Shown here one piece after another: positions 26,329 through 39,739 of a stretch of 64,000 bases of DNA (the first letter of the stretch is position 1; every line of letters begins with the position of its first letter). The translations under genes and the position numbers were made by a program. Where the stretch lies: positions 87,234,001 through 87,298,000 of the forward strand of contig NC_043004.1 of assembly GCF_006345805.1 (NCBI RefSeq), in the 5' to 3' direction. The stretch is from Octopus sinensis (Eukaryota). The notes beneath the pieces are model-generated. The model made no database searches. It saw nothing but the letters and a program-made list of their open reading frames with translations, and was not told the origin of the DNA.

Positions 26329-27961
26329 ACAAAACCACTGCTCGTCCTCCACTTCCTTTTTCTTATCTCCTTTTCCTTCTCTTCTTTTCTTCTATTTCTC
26401 CCCACTTCCCCGCCTCACATTCAACCTTCAGTTAATATTGCTGGCCAAAAATGTAGCTGGACTCATGGGTGTCATTAGTGCCACCTAGTGCCAGATTGAA
26501 TGCATCAGGGGGAAGTTATTTGACTTAGGAGGTCTCTGTGTTCTTTAATTAAAAAAAAAATAAAAATAAAGTTACTAAATTTCCAATTTGTTAATTTTAA
26601 CTGCTGCCAACAGTTGTCATCATTTAGTGTATATGGACTATCATTCTTTTAGAAAACAAAATTTAAATTCGCTTTTTAAAGGGAATTTGAAAATTTTTTT
26701 TTCATTCTATTTAAATGGGGCCAATATTTGATTTCTAAAGTATTTTCTTTTAGTCTTAAAAGCAATTACAACTTATAGGACTTATTTCTACCATTTTAGC
26801 ATTGGTTTGCTATCAAGATGGTCTGTAAGGCAAAGCATATTGAATGGTGAATCTAATGAAATACAATAGTCTCTAATATCACACATAATAAAAATGTAGG
26901 TAGCCTTCTTCATGTTGCAATTTAACTTTGATACTTAATCAATACTCATCTGTAGCCATAGATACCGTATTCAAAATTCACTAAACTCATTCTTGCCACC
27001 TTCAGCTTTTTTTCACAGACATGGCAAAAGAAATCTGGATTAAATTGCCCAAGAAGACAGCTAATAAATTTGCAACTTATCATCTTGCTGATCTCCCGAG
27101 TGTTGTTATCAACGCTCTTCCGGTTATATTTAGATGCAAGCAACTGTTTGCAATTTGCTCTAAGATTTTTGTTGCAAATCAACACCTACTTGGTAAAGCC
27201 ATCTGCCATTCTCCAGAATCCTCCCAATATTCTTAATCGGGATTGTTCTTTGTCTTGTCCAAAAATTTTTAAAAATAAAAAAAAATGTCGCCTATTTCAG
27301 CATCCTGTCTGTTTGGTTACCAAACCAATTACTATTGTTATTCATTGAGATTATTTACCCTCTCTCACACACACACACACATACACACACACACACACAC
27401 TCAAACACCTTCACACACAAACACACACACAAATATGCATTTGATTTACATTTTGTTTTGTTTTTTGTTTTTCCTTGCATAATGGCAAATGCAATGATCA
27501 AATGTTGAATTAATGAAGAAGGAATATTTAAGATACTAAGTTGAGAATAACATTCCATTTAAATAAAGCACCATATACCAACTGATTAGTTGCTACTGTA
27601 ATAATTCCATTTTTTTTTTTTTTTACATAATACTGAGTACTTCATAAATATTAGTATCGCCTCATATAACTACTGCTTTCTATCTCTATCTATTTCTCTC
27701 TGTGCTCCTTCTTTCTCCCTCTCACTCTCTCTTTCTCCCCCTCCCTTTCTCTCTCTCTCTCTCTCTATCTCTCCCATCTCCACTGTTATGACCCATAGCA
27801 TCCATCTCATATGTTACAGTTGTTATAAATCAAAAAGAAGAAAAAAAAGAAAAAAAAGATGTGTTACTAGTACAGATATTTCCGGGATACAGTGATATGT
27901 TTCTGGAATAATTTCTTTCTGACCCATTTATAAAATTTCCACGGAGATTATTATCGTTATG

Positions 27962-27997
<36 letters not shown>

Positions 27998-30263
27998 ATT
28001 ATTATTATTATTGTTGTTGTTGTTGTTGTTACAACCATTCAACAATCCTGGCAGTGGCTTATGTTAATTGACAAACATTTAAGCATCTAAGAATTATGGC
28101 TAAATTTTCAGTTTTGGTTGCTTTGTTCAACTGTTGTAGATTCCAATGTTTTATGAAATAAAATAAATTAAGAAAAGTGTTGTTTGTAAAAAAAAAAGTA
28201 ACAATAATAAAGAAAGCAAACAAAAAAGATTTGTAGATCAAATACAGTCACAAAGTAAATATAAGTTACTAAAGTAAGTACTTTTAATTACTCTTTTGAA
28301 GCTATTACCACAATTTGCATATTTGAATTAATTAGGTCTTTAATCTTTTTACCTGGTAACAAAAGAGCAAGCAAAAAAAAGCAAAGAAATGTACAAAATA
28401 TACTATATTTCTGCAAATTACATATTATTATTATTATTATTATTATTATAATTATTATTTTTATTATTTCTGATTACTCATACTATTAGCAAAGCATCTC
28501 TCAAAATTTGCTCTCAATTTTTTTCTTATTTTGTTATTTTATATTTTAGTGCTGCATTTGTTTGGATATTTTCTATTTATTTCTGGTCATTTCTGTAGAA
28601 ATGTTAAGATTTGTGGAAATTCTATATGTGGAATATAGTCCCAGTTTTGTGCTTACTACACTTGTGGAAATTGGTCAGTTACAACATGATGAGGTCAAGC
28701 GGATAAGCTACCTATATATATATATATATGTATATATTATATATAGCTCTGTTCTTTCCTTGTCTCACAGCTGTCAGTTCTGCTAGTGTTGATAAAGCCA
28801 GCTGATTCTGTTGGCGGCAACCATCTGGTTTGCCTCTTCAATGGTTGTTTTCAGAGTAACAGGTTATTGATATATACCTATTCATTGTTAAACGTGTCAT
28901 GAAACTTTGTTGTGGGCTAAACCTGTTTGAAACGTAGAAATATGGTGAGGCTGTGATTACATTCACTTGCCAGTGATGGAAATCTTTTCGCAGTTGAGGA
29001 TCAGAGCTGAACACACCCACTACTCTTGCAAATATGCACACAATTTGATATACACTTGCTTCCCAATATATGCTTCTCTTCATGCACACATACACATGTT
29101 TGTGTGTGTCTGTGTCTGTGGGCGTACATGCACATGCATACATACTTACAATTAACCTAGAGAGCAAAATCATACTTTAAACTGTGTTGTTAAATTTGGA
29201 GAGAGGAATTTTATTATTTTTCTTAAATCTTTGTAAATTATATTACTCTTAATTTTAAGTTCCCTGATACAAATTATGTATTCCTAGTCTCCACTCTTCC
29301 TGGTTTTCTGCTCTCTTAGTTATAATACTTTATAAGTGTTTGCTGATTTCCATAGACCATTCTTTTCAAGTTTCTCTTTCTATTCTCTCTTTTTCCTATG
29401 TTTTTTGCAAGTTCCCCCTCATTGTGTCCTTATTATATTTCTTATGAAAGGAAATACTAAAATTTTTCACTTTCATAACAAAAAGCTTTAAAAAAAAATA
29501 AGAGCCAAATTAACTCTGCACAATTTATAACCTCAAAGCTTAAACATTCTGTGTAGTTTAGTGTTTGCAATGAAACTCTAAATTTCCAAGTAAAATGTGT
29601 TTAGAAAATGCATTATTCCTTTCTGAATATTCCCTTCTATCTTGTTTCATTTGCATGTATGTATGTTAGTATTTAAATCAATACCATACATGTGTAGTTA
29701 AGTTAATCTTTCAGAACCATAAAATCTGATGCATTCCTTTATCAACAAGCAAATCGGTGTTTATACTTCCTTGTTGATTGAACATTTACATTCCACTGAA
29801 AGATTCTAAGATCCTTCCTTCTCTCTCTCTCTCTCTCTACTCTTCACCAATGTCAGAAATATTTCTCGATTAGTGTTTAGCTTACCACTGGGCAGTAACA
29901 ATCTATTTGGTGCAGTAAAACAATCATCTAGTAGCATATATAGACTTCAATAATCTACATTAAACTTGCTTTGTTTTCTAAATAGGAACAAACAAAGCTA
30001 TATCTGATCCCTAAATACCAATACCAATCACCATTACTTATAGTGCCTATATCCCAGCAAGGGCAAATGTTATCTCTCTTATATTCACTGCAACTAATCT
30101 ATGCCCTCTGACCTATGTTTTACTATTTTTTTTAATTATTTCCTAGTTTGTTTGTTTTTTGGTTGTTTTGTTTTCTACTACATTAAAAAAAGGTGCTTCT
30201 TTATGATATTTGAAATATATACCTTTTAAATCAATTAACAACATTTAACTAGCAATAACCAAA

Positions 30264-30332
<69 letters not shown>

Positions 30333-30980
30333 CACACACAGACTGGTCATGTTAAGGCGAAAATAAGCATGAATTGTCTGACCACCTGAAGTTATTCTGG
30401 ACCAATCACAGTGGGAAATAAAAAGAAAAATTGATTGATAGGCATTAAAACCTGCTACATTTTAATTCCTGGTCTTGTCTTACACTCAGATCACTGCAAA
30501 CCCATCTTGAATGATCTCCTAAATTATGACACTATTTCATACCAAAAGATGAGAATCCCCTAAATCAAAAAAGGCTGCCTCTGGTACCTCTCTTAGGTCC
30601 TTTCATCCTTACATGACCAGGGTCTGGTGGGGGGGAGGGGAATGTATTTCTTTGCTTGATTCTAATGTCAGTGTAGTAGTTATTCTGTTGTCATTGCTGT
30701 TAACATTGCCATTGTTGTCTTCTAATTCCCTTGTATGGTGTGCTATAGAACTAGCAGCACCCAGCTAGCTAGTGTCATTTGTGTGTCAGTAGAGCGCTCC
30801 CAAAACACTTGTTTCTGAAACCTCCTCTGCTCTCCTCACTGGTCAGTTGAGTCGGTCAGTCAGTCAGTTGGTCTCCCTACAATGCCGGTACCATAATTCT
30901 GGATAATCTATGTATTTTAGAGATCATGATCTGTCTTAGCAGACAGTGCAATAAAGCTGTTCAGTACCTATATCTGTGTA
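26329..30980 (+). other. Probable long Rab3 3' UTR
   Basis: Directly follows the stop codon and lacks the SINEs that crowd the introns. Ends at AATAAA (30950-30955) followed by a GT/T-rich tract. Other AATAAA sites occur earlier, so the end point is inferred. Confidence 0.5.
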
Positions 30981-31000
30981 GTTTGTGTTTTTATTTCATT
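30950..31000 (+). terminator. Candidate polyadenylation signal with downstream GU/U-rich element
   Basis: AATAAA at 30950-30955, then tgtgtagtttgtgtttttatttc about 20 nt downstream. Confidence 0.5.
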
Positions 31001-31659
31001 TCTGACAACAAATCATATGATTTAACATTTATTGTATAAATAAAAAGAAAGAAATGACTTTGTTATTTCTGTGATATTTTGTTTCCAGCTTTGAATATAT
31101 TCCCTCCAGTTAAAGACACTTCATTGCAATGACCTTAAAGTTGAAACTTTGTTACATTTCCATAATAATTGTTTTGTCGTTCAACATGAACAAAGGATGT
31201 TTCTTGACTTGTGCCAATTTCACTAAATCTTGCTATTAAAATTTAGAGGTCAATGAGTTCACTGCTAACTCAGTTTCTATAAAATTTGTCCATTTCTTTC
31301 TCCAAGTATGAATCAAATAGGGACAAAAGGTCATACGATAACTAATTGATAAATGAAAAAATTGCTTATCAATCGCATAATAGGAGACAGTGTTTGCTGG
31401 TGTAGCTTCAAAACTTATGAAAAATCAATAGTTGCCCTTTTGCTGACTTTCAACTATTAGTCACAATACCAGTCAATAGTGTTTGATGTGCTGGACATTA
31501 ATAAACTCTACAAAAGAAAAAATTCTTAAAATTTGTATAATATATTTCTAGTAAATAACTATCTAACATGTCTTGCTCATAAAAATAGTTTCGCTTTAAC
31601 AGACTTCCATGGTAATTATGAAATATTTAGTGTGAAATTATTACTCTGCTTGTTAATCT

Positions 31660-32060
31660 AAGAGCAGTTTCAAGTGATATTCAACTACAGAAAGAGTTTA
31701 GATCATATAAAGCTTTTGACCATTAATGAGGGTGAAAGCTACCTATTAATCTGTTCTAATGATGGCACGCAAATCAAACAGGTCAGTGACATCAAGTACC
31801 TACATTGCTGACTATATTCATATAGTCCTGTCATGCAAGGAACAAGCCTATATTATTTGTAACAAACTTTAAAACATTTTGTAATTAAGTATTTCAAATT
31901 CAGTAAGGCTGGCTTTTGAAGCATGTTCTAAGAGTGTCTTCTCAAGGGAATCAAAACCTGGACTATGAAGAAAGAGCTTCAAGATCACCTTGATGGTACA
32001 TACATGATCTGGTGAAATACATTTTGGTTGTGACCACCTGAAAAGAAGATTACTTCATAT
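31660..32060 (+). mobile_element. Decayed RTE-like RT C-terminal fragment
   Basis: DGTQIKQVSDIKYL and TWTMKKELQDHLDGTY in pieces. Confidence 0.5.
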
Positions 32061-33769
32061 TTTAAAAGTAATATTCTGGCAAGTTATTGTAATATATATA
32101 TATATGGGTATATATTAAGCTGCTACAAAAAATATGAAACTGAACACAAAAACTTTAATACTTTTCTTCTCAATCAGCACAACAGAGATTCTATGAATCT
32201 TTGAAACAAAGATCATTTGTTTTGTATTTTTTTTTCCCATACTACATGGGTTGGATAAAGACTTATTACTGCAACAGTTTTATTGCCAGGTACCATTCCT
32301 TATCACTAACCTATTTTACAAGTAAGTGATATTTTCTTCTATTTGTCTCCAAAATCACAGATCAAACAAAGTAATACTGGTGGGGTTTTTTTTTTCTCAA
32401 ATGATTTTTTGCAAAGTGTAAACATTCACACTCGCACACACACACACACACAAACATATATGATGGGCTTCCACACAATTTCTTTCTATTAATTCCATGT
32501 AGAAGGCATTGACCAGCTCAGGCCTTGCCTAATGTGCCACCCAGTGATTACAAAGCAATCTCCATATCTATATAATCAATCTATACAGAATCCTAGTCAA
32601 TCAAATATGGATTGATTAATGTACAGGATTAATAAATCACAGAATTATGCAATACCAATGTATCTGAAACACATATAAGAGGATTAAAAATGTATAATTC
32701 TCCATACTTTTGTGTTTTTCTGCTATACTCTGCAGCCTTATCCTGAATTTATTCAACATATGAACATTGGTTTTACAAATTGGACAGGCAGTGGGCTCAG
32801 TGGAATGTAATTTTACAGCTACATGAGTTGTAATAACTTTCACTGGTAAGTTTGGTTAGCCAAGTTTGACTCCTACAGAGTGCTTAAAAAGTATTCACCT
32901 GGATATTTTTAATTCTTTTTTCATGTGTAATGGTATCATATATATATTTCTGTAAGAATAGAGAAAACACCATAAATAGTTTTTGATAGCCATGGGTTAC
33001 CAAAATTATTTTAACAGTTTCTTCTTACATATACTCACGAATTCAGTTCTCACATAGTTTTATCAGAGGGAAACTGTGTACATTGTACAGGATGTGACAA
33101 AATATTTCCCATATTTCACAGTCAAGAATAGCTACTCCGAGAATTTTTTTTCTTGTACCTTGTGTTACAAATTAGAGTAGCAACAGATGATATTTTTACC
33201 AAGAAGTTATGGTAGAGCAAATAAATTTTTTTTTTTTAATTTACTGAAAAGCAACCCAGTATGACATTTGCAGCATGGTGTTTGATTCGTTTAGAAAATT
33301 ATGGTTCTACAAGTCTAATAACTGAAACAAGATAAAAGATGAAAGAACATGGAACACACTTTGAATACACACAAGTATGGCAATGTGGTTAAGAAGTTCA
33401 CTTTGCAACCATGTGGTTTTGGGTTCAGTCCCACTGTGTGGTACATTGAGCAAGCATCTTCTACTATAGTCTTGGGCCATACGTTGCCTTATTAGTGAAT
33501 GTGGTCAACGGAAACTGTGCAAATGCCTGTCGTGTATGTGTTGGTCCCATCACCACCACTTGAAAACTAGTGTTGGTTTGATTATGTCTCCATAACTTAG
33601 AAGTTAAGAAAAAAAGACAAATACAATAAGTAGCAGACCTGAAATAAAAAGTACTGGGGTTGATGTTTTTTTTCTATTAAACCCTTCAAGATGTTGCTCC
33701 AGCATGATTGCTGTTCAATGACAGAATCAAGTAAAAAAAAATTATTCATTAAAGCATCTTGAATTATCA

Positions 33770-34510
33770 AAATGAAACCTCTTCCTCCTGCATCTCTTTA
33801 CCTCAGAGCTAACTGGATTCATGTTACTTCCACTCAAGCATTCTTCTCTCATACTAATCACTGACCAGTTGTTCCTTCCCAGAATTCCCTCCTTGCTCAT
33901 ATTTTTCCCATTGGTGTTGACTTTCAAAGGTTCAAAAGGAACATTAATGACATTGTTATCACCACTCTCGGAGGGCATCCAAATCGAAACCCTTTCTTAC
34001 ATCTATTGAAAAGGGCTCTGCTCCTTAGAGCTAGCTGGACTCATATTACCTCCACTCAGGCAATCCCATCCCACTCATCTTTTATAACCCTTGTTATATC
34101 CAATTTCCCATGCCCCCTCACTAATCATTATGCAGTCATTCCTTCCCAGAATGCCTGCCCCTCTTGAATTCCCTTCATGCATTTGTTGATTTACAAAGGT
34201 TCAAAGGCATCAGCGCCAACCATTAAGACATCTTGAACAATCAAAACGAAATCTTTTTCTTTTGCTCCTATAAAGGTCTCTGTTCCTTGGAGCTGGTTGG
34301 ACTCCTGTCATCTCCACTCACGTATTCCTGCCTCATTTGTCCCGCCTTCTTTTATAACCCTTGTTGTATTCAACTTTCTAGAACCTACATTAATCACTGA
34401 GCTCAGTCATTCCTTCCTAGAATGTTGGTCCCTCTTGAATTCCCTCCTTACACATATCTTCCCTGCTGATGCGGAATTACAAAGGTTCAAAGAGAAACAT
34501 TAATGGCATC
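33770..34510. repeat. Three diverged tandem copies of a ~210-260 bp unit
   Basis: gagct..tgga.tc, ccactca, taatca, ttccttcc.agaat, gaattccct and caaaggttcaaa each recur three times in order. Confidence 0.8.
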
Positions 34511-34950
34511 AATATGAAGTCTTGGAGGAACTGCAAAAAACCATGTGTACTATTCCTTCCTTCACAAACAGCAAATGAAACAAATTTCTAAAATTACTCA
34601 GAAGCAAAGTTTGGTGTCACCAATATAAAATTTATTTACTGTACTTTATCTGATGGCTCAGTTGCAATTCATCAACTGAAGCACCTACATGAAGAGAGGA
34701 AGAGATGTGATCAGCAACTCCCTGTGGCTGTTGTTCAGGGTGACTTTCAGTGACACAGGATTTCCTATCTTATATCAATCTTTTCAGCTATGTCCACTCA
34801 TATGAATCTTGTCAGCTGTGTCCACTCCCATGAAAAACAATGTTCTGGAGACAGAGGAGGATGAATATCTTGGAGCGATGCTGCCATGACCGTTGATGGG
34901 CTATCATAAGCAAATTATCTGATGGCATAAAAGACACAAAGATATATTAG

Positions 34951-35114
34951 CCGTTGTGAGTTCAAATTCCGCCGAAGTCAACTTTGCCTTTCATCCTTTT
35001 GGGGTCGATAAATTAAGTACCAGTTACGCACTGGGTTGATGTAATCGACTTAATCCCTTTGTTTGTCCTTGTTTGTCCCCTCTATGTTTAGCCCCTTATG
35101 GGTAATAAAGAAAC
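34951..35114 (+). mobile_element. 5'-truncated SINE family A
   Basis: TSD agatatattag at 34940-34950 and 35115-35125. Confidence 0.88.
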
Positions 35115-35129
35115 AGATATATTAGATGC

Positions 35130-35398
35130 TAGGGCCAGTGCTACATAGTGCTGAGCCCAATTAGAGAATTATCAGTGAGACACTCTACCCTACTAAAGCT
35201 GAATATTGATGTTTTATGCTTCATGTATTACACCAGTCCCAACCAAAAAGTGTTGAGGGCTTGAGGCTCCATCATTAACCACAACGATATGTTAAAAATT
35301 CATCATAACATCTTCCACTTGAGCATGTGTGTGAGACCCTATTTTGGTGCAGGGCCCAATTTTAACAAATCTGTCTAATTTGCTTAAAACCAGCCCTG
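35130..35398. mobile_element. Possible old hAT-type MITE
   Basis: Ends tagggccag / ccagccctg. Imperfect 8-bp flanks ttagatgc / ttagacac. Confidence 0.35.
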
Positions 35399-37459
35399 TT
35401 AGACACACCTCCATTTCAGCTGCACATGTTCAAGGAAAATGTCTTTGGTGCATTAAAGCATATGATATAGGCCCAACTTCACATATAGGACCCAGGCTAT
35501 TTTTTTGAGATAATTTTTTGGAAAAGTAGTGTCTCATATGCCATTAAATACAGCATTTAAATTATTTCCATTTTACAATTTATTAGTTAATAAATAAATG
35601 TTAACTTATGCTAATTAATGTTAATTCAAATTATTTATTTATGCAACTGTTTGAGTTAAGCAGATTTCTCTGACATATTGCATAATAGTAATAATTTCCT
35701 ATTGTTCCAATGAGGAAAATGTAAGTTATATAGAGTAAAGATATATTGATATTAACTACATTTTTCTGAAAAAATATTGCTGTACTGTTTGTCTAGTTTC
35801 ATTGATGACAATATTATCCACTAGTCTTCTTGAGACTATAGCAGAACCTCTATATCAGTAATTCTCAGTGTAGGGTATATGCCTCACTGTTGGGGCTTGG
35901 GAGAATTGTGGTGGGGTGAGAGATCCTCTTTTTTTTTTTTTTGTGAGACATGGAATTGTAAATATCCTTTTTTCACAGCAAACATACTACACCTATACTT
36001 TTTTTCCAACCATTGGTGGGGCATACATTTTTCTGAAAAGTTATAGTGGGGCCTGGGAGAAAATAGGAAGGGAAACATTGCTCCATATGTTGTCTAAACC
36101 TGCTAAAAATGGAGCAAAATATTCCCCTAAATTACACCTTGCAGTCTTAAATAGAGAAACAACAAAAGCATGGATTGTCACAGATGGAGTATCTCCAATC
36201 ATTAGTTGTCTCTGTCAGGGTTAACCTAGACCTCAACATTATCATCATTCTGTAAACCTTTTGATGAGTGGAATGTTGTTCCTATAAACAACAGTTGTAA
36301 CATTTTCATGAGATCTCCTGTCATTGTCATTTTTCCATGCTAGCATGGATTGGACTAGACTTTTTTAAAGCATTATTCTATGATTCTATGGTCAGATGCC
36401 TTTCCAAATGTTTTTTCAAGTAAATTTTATTCTACATCTTTTAATTCCAATCTTCCTGCAGCTGAAGAGAGAAAAAGTATTGGGCCAAATATCTCCTATA
36501 AAAAATAATGGCACAAAAATTAATGGTAAAATACTTCATTTAGGCTTTGTGTCTGCAAGATATTTTGAGGATAGAATGGAATCTTATCTATTTACAGAGC
36601 AAAATATTACCAAGGAAGAAATACCAAACTTTTATAAAAAGTTTAAGTATATTATCCACCACTGATCTTAAGCCAATGAGACAGCCTTTAAGTCACCTCA
36701 TGATCTGCTAGAAATAACAGCAGCAAAATTCCTACTTAAATTGCACTTTACTGTTTAAAATAAAAAAAGTGAACAGTCAACATTGAAGTAATCTTTGATC
36801 ATGGGTCTTCTCAGACAGGGCTAAAATCAAGCTATGGAATGATGTTTTGTGATTCAAATCTTACCAAAGGCAACTGAGTCATATCTTAGCAAGAGATTAA
36901 CAAAATGACAGACCAACTCCAGGCATGGGATACCATATCAGCAGGATATTTTACATAAAGTCAAAGTAACTCATGTAATTTTAGCTGAACATTAAGACTA
37001 TGTCCAACAGAAAAATTCAAACTCGTACATTTCATATTAGTGTGTCAAAGAGTTTGACTTATGGTTTCTTTTAATTCATTTGATACACACCCACCTAAAA
37101 CTGCTCCTGGTTCTACAATACAAACTTCTTGTTTTAAAGTAATCTAGATTTTAAACCTTCCATCAAAATTTCAGGTTAATTTATGTTCCAAATGCTAGCT
37201 TAATATGGCAGTTATTTTATCAAATTATTCATTTCTTTCAAAATTAATTAACCCTTTATCTGCAATTTTAAATTGTCATGCTAGCATGGAAAAACAGACG
37301 CTAAACGATGATGATGATGATGATGACACCGGCAAAAGTCTTCATGGGCCAATAGGTGGGGGTAGTGCAGTGCCAGCTACACCCAGTGAAAATTATTCAT
37401 CTGCACAGGTACTTCCTGTATTCCAAATCTTAGTAAAATCATTGATACATATATATATG

Positions 37460-39546
37460 TATTGGCAGGAAATATGTCAGAGTATCCAGTCAGCTGCTGA
37501 CAGGGGCGACACCCGTGGGATGTATGCTGGTTTGAAGAAGGCCCTCGGTCCATTCGCAACCAAGTCAGCCCCTCTGAAATCAACTACTGGAGATCTCATC
37601 AGGGATCAAAGCAAGCAAATGGATAGATGGGTGGAGCACTACTAGGATCTCTACTCATGGGAGACTACAGTGGCTGAGGCTGCAGTCGAGAGTGTCAAGA
37701 TCTTGCCAGTCATGTGCGAACTTGACAGTCCGCCATCTATAGCAGAGCTCACCAAGGCTGTTGACTCCCTAGCAAGAAACAAGGCTCCGGGAAAAGACGG
37801 CATCCCCTCAGAGATCATCAAAGCCGGCAAAAACACCATCCTGCTTCGGCACCTTCATGAGCTTCTGTGTCAGTGCTGGGAAGAGGGTACAGTCCCTCAG
37901 GATATGCGGGATGCAGACATCATTACGCTTTACAAAAACAAAGGTGACCGTGGTGATTGTAACAATTACCGTGGAATATCTCTTCTAAGCACTGTTGTAA
38001 AGACCGTTGCCTGCATTACCCTGGCCAGGCTACAACTACTTGTTTCTCGAATCTATCCGGAATCGCAGTGTGGCTTTAGAAGAAGCAGATCAACTATCGA
38101 TATGATATTCTCCATACGCCAACTTCAGGAGAAGTCCAGAGAGCAGAAAATGCCATTATATATGGCCTTCATTGATCTGACAAAGGCCTTTGACTCGGTA
38201 AGTAGAAAAGGCCTCTTCATCCTGCTCCAAAAAATCGGATGTCCACCAAAGCTGCTGAGGATCATCAAGTCTTTCCATGATGACATGCAAGGCACCATAC
38301 AGCACAACGGTTCAACATCAGCTGCCTTCCAAATAAAGAACAGGGTAAAGCAAGGTTGTGTCCTCGCTCCTACATTGTTTGGCATCTTCTTCTCGCTCTT
38401 ACTCTTACATGCCTTTCAGACATCAGATGTCTGATGGAGTGTTTCTGCACAGTAGAAGTGACGGGAAACTGTTCAATCTCTCGCGCCTGCGTGCCAAGAC
38501 CAAAATCAGAAACGTCCTGATCAAGGAGATGCTATTTGCTGATGATGCCGCTCTGGTATCACACACAGAAAAAGCCCTCCAAAGGCTCATTAACTGTTTT
38601 GAGCAAGCATGTAACGACTTTGGCTTAGCTATCAGCCTTAAGAAGACCAACATCATGGGTCAGGCTACATCAGACATCCCAAACATACATATTGAAGACC
38701 ACAGATTACAAGAGGTGGAGAATTTTACCTATCTTGGCTCTACCGTCACCTACAACCTATCCCTTGACGCTGAGCTCAATATACACATTGGCAAGGCAGC
38801 TGCTGCGATGGCCCAACTCTCCAAATGGGCTTGGGACAACAATAAGCTGACCAAGACCACGAAAATGAAGATCTACCAGGCATGTGTACTTAGCACTCTA
38901 CTGTATGGAAATGAGACTTGGACGCTATACACACGCCAAGAGCATCGCCTAAACATCTTTCACCTGCGCTGCCTCCGGAAAATCCTCCGCATCAAATGGC
39001 AGAATCATATCCCCAACAAAGATGTCCTCAGGCAAGCAGGAATACCAAACATGTTTGCACTCCTCACGCAAAGACGTATGAGATGGCTTGGGCATGTTAG
39101 CCGTATGAAAGATGGCAGAATCCCCAAGGACATACTCTACGGAGAGCTTGCTAGGGGTACTAGGTCTGTGGGTAGACCGTTCTTACGTTACAAGGATGTT
39201 TGCAAAAGGGACATGAAGGCCTGTAACATCAATATTAGCGGTTGGAAGGCAGTTGCCGGCAACCGTGGAGACTGGCGAAGTAACGTAAAAGAGGGAATAC
39301 AAAGGAGTGACAGAGAGAGAGAGGAGAAATGGAAAGACAAGAAAAGACGTCAACAAGAAATTATGGCATTACAACCAGCCAGGAACAGTCTTCGCTACAT
39401 TTGTGGTACCTGCCAGAGGGAGTGTTTGTCCAGGATAGGACTACACAGCCACAGCAGGAAATGTATCAGAACATGAAATGTAAAAGCCAGACTAGACTAC
39501 TTTATGCGCAACTCCATTGTCTCCCGAGACAAAAAGGATGCCAACA
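37460..39546 (+). mobile_element. RTE-clade non-LTR retrotransposon, 5'-truncated, near-intact reverse transcriptase
   Basis: RT motifs KAPGKDGIP, NYRGISLLS, PESQCGFR, FIDLTKAFD, KQGCVLAP, LFADD, YLGS, plus a C-terminal CxxC...H zinc finger. One in-frame stop (37643-37645) and one frameshift (~38430). Candidate TSD atatatg at 37453-37459 and 39547-39553. Confidence 0.95.
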
Positions 39547-39739
39547 ATATATGACAGGTTTCTTTCAGTCTCCATCTACCAAATCTACTCACAAGGCTTT
39601 GGTCAGCCCAAGGCTATAGTAGAAGACATTTGCCCAAGGTGCCACACAATGGAACTGAACCCCAAACCAGGTGGTTGTGAAGCAAATTTTTTATCACAGT
39701 CATGCCTACACCCGATATGTGTGTGTGTTTTTTATATTT

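Noticed and set aside
37205-37645. 146-aa ORF with poly-Asp as a novel protein
   Set aside because: Chance fusion of a MITE end, a (GAT)n tail and the start of the truncated RTE.
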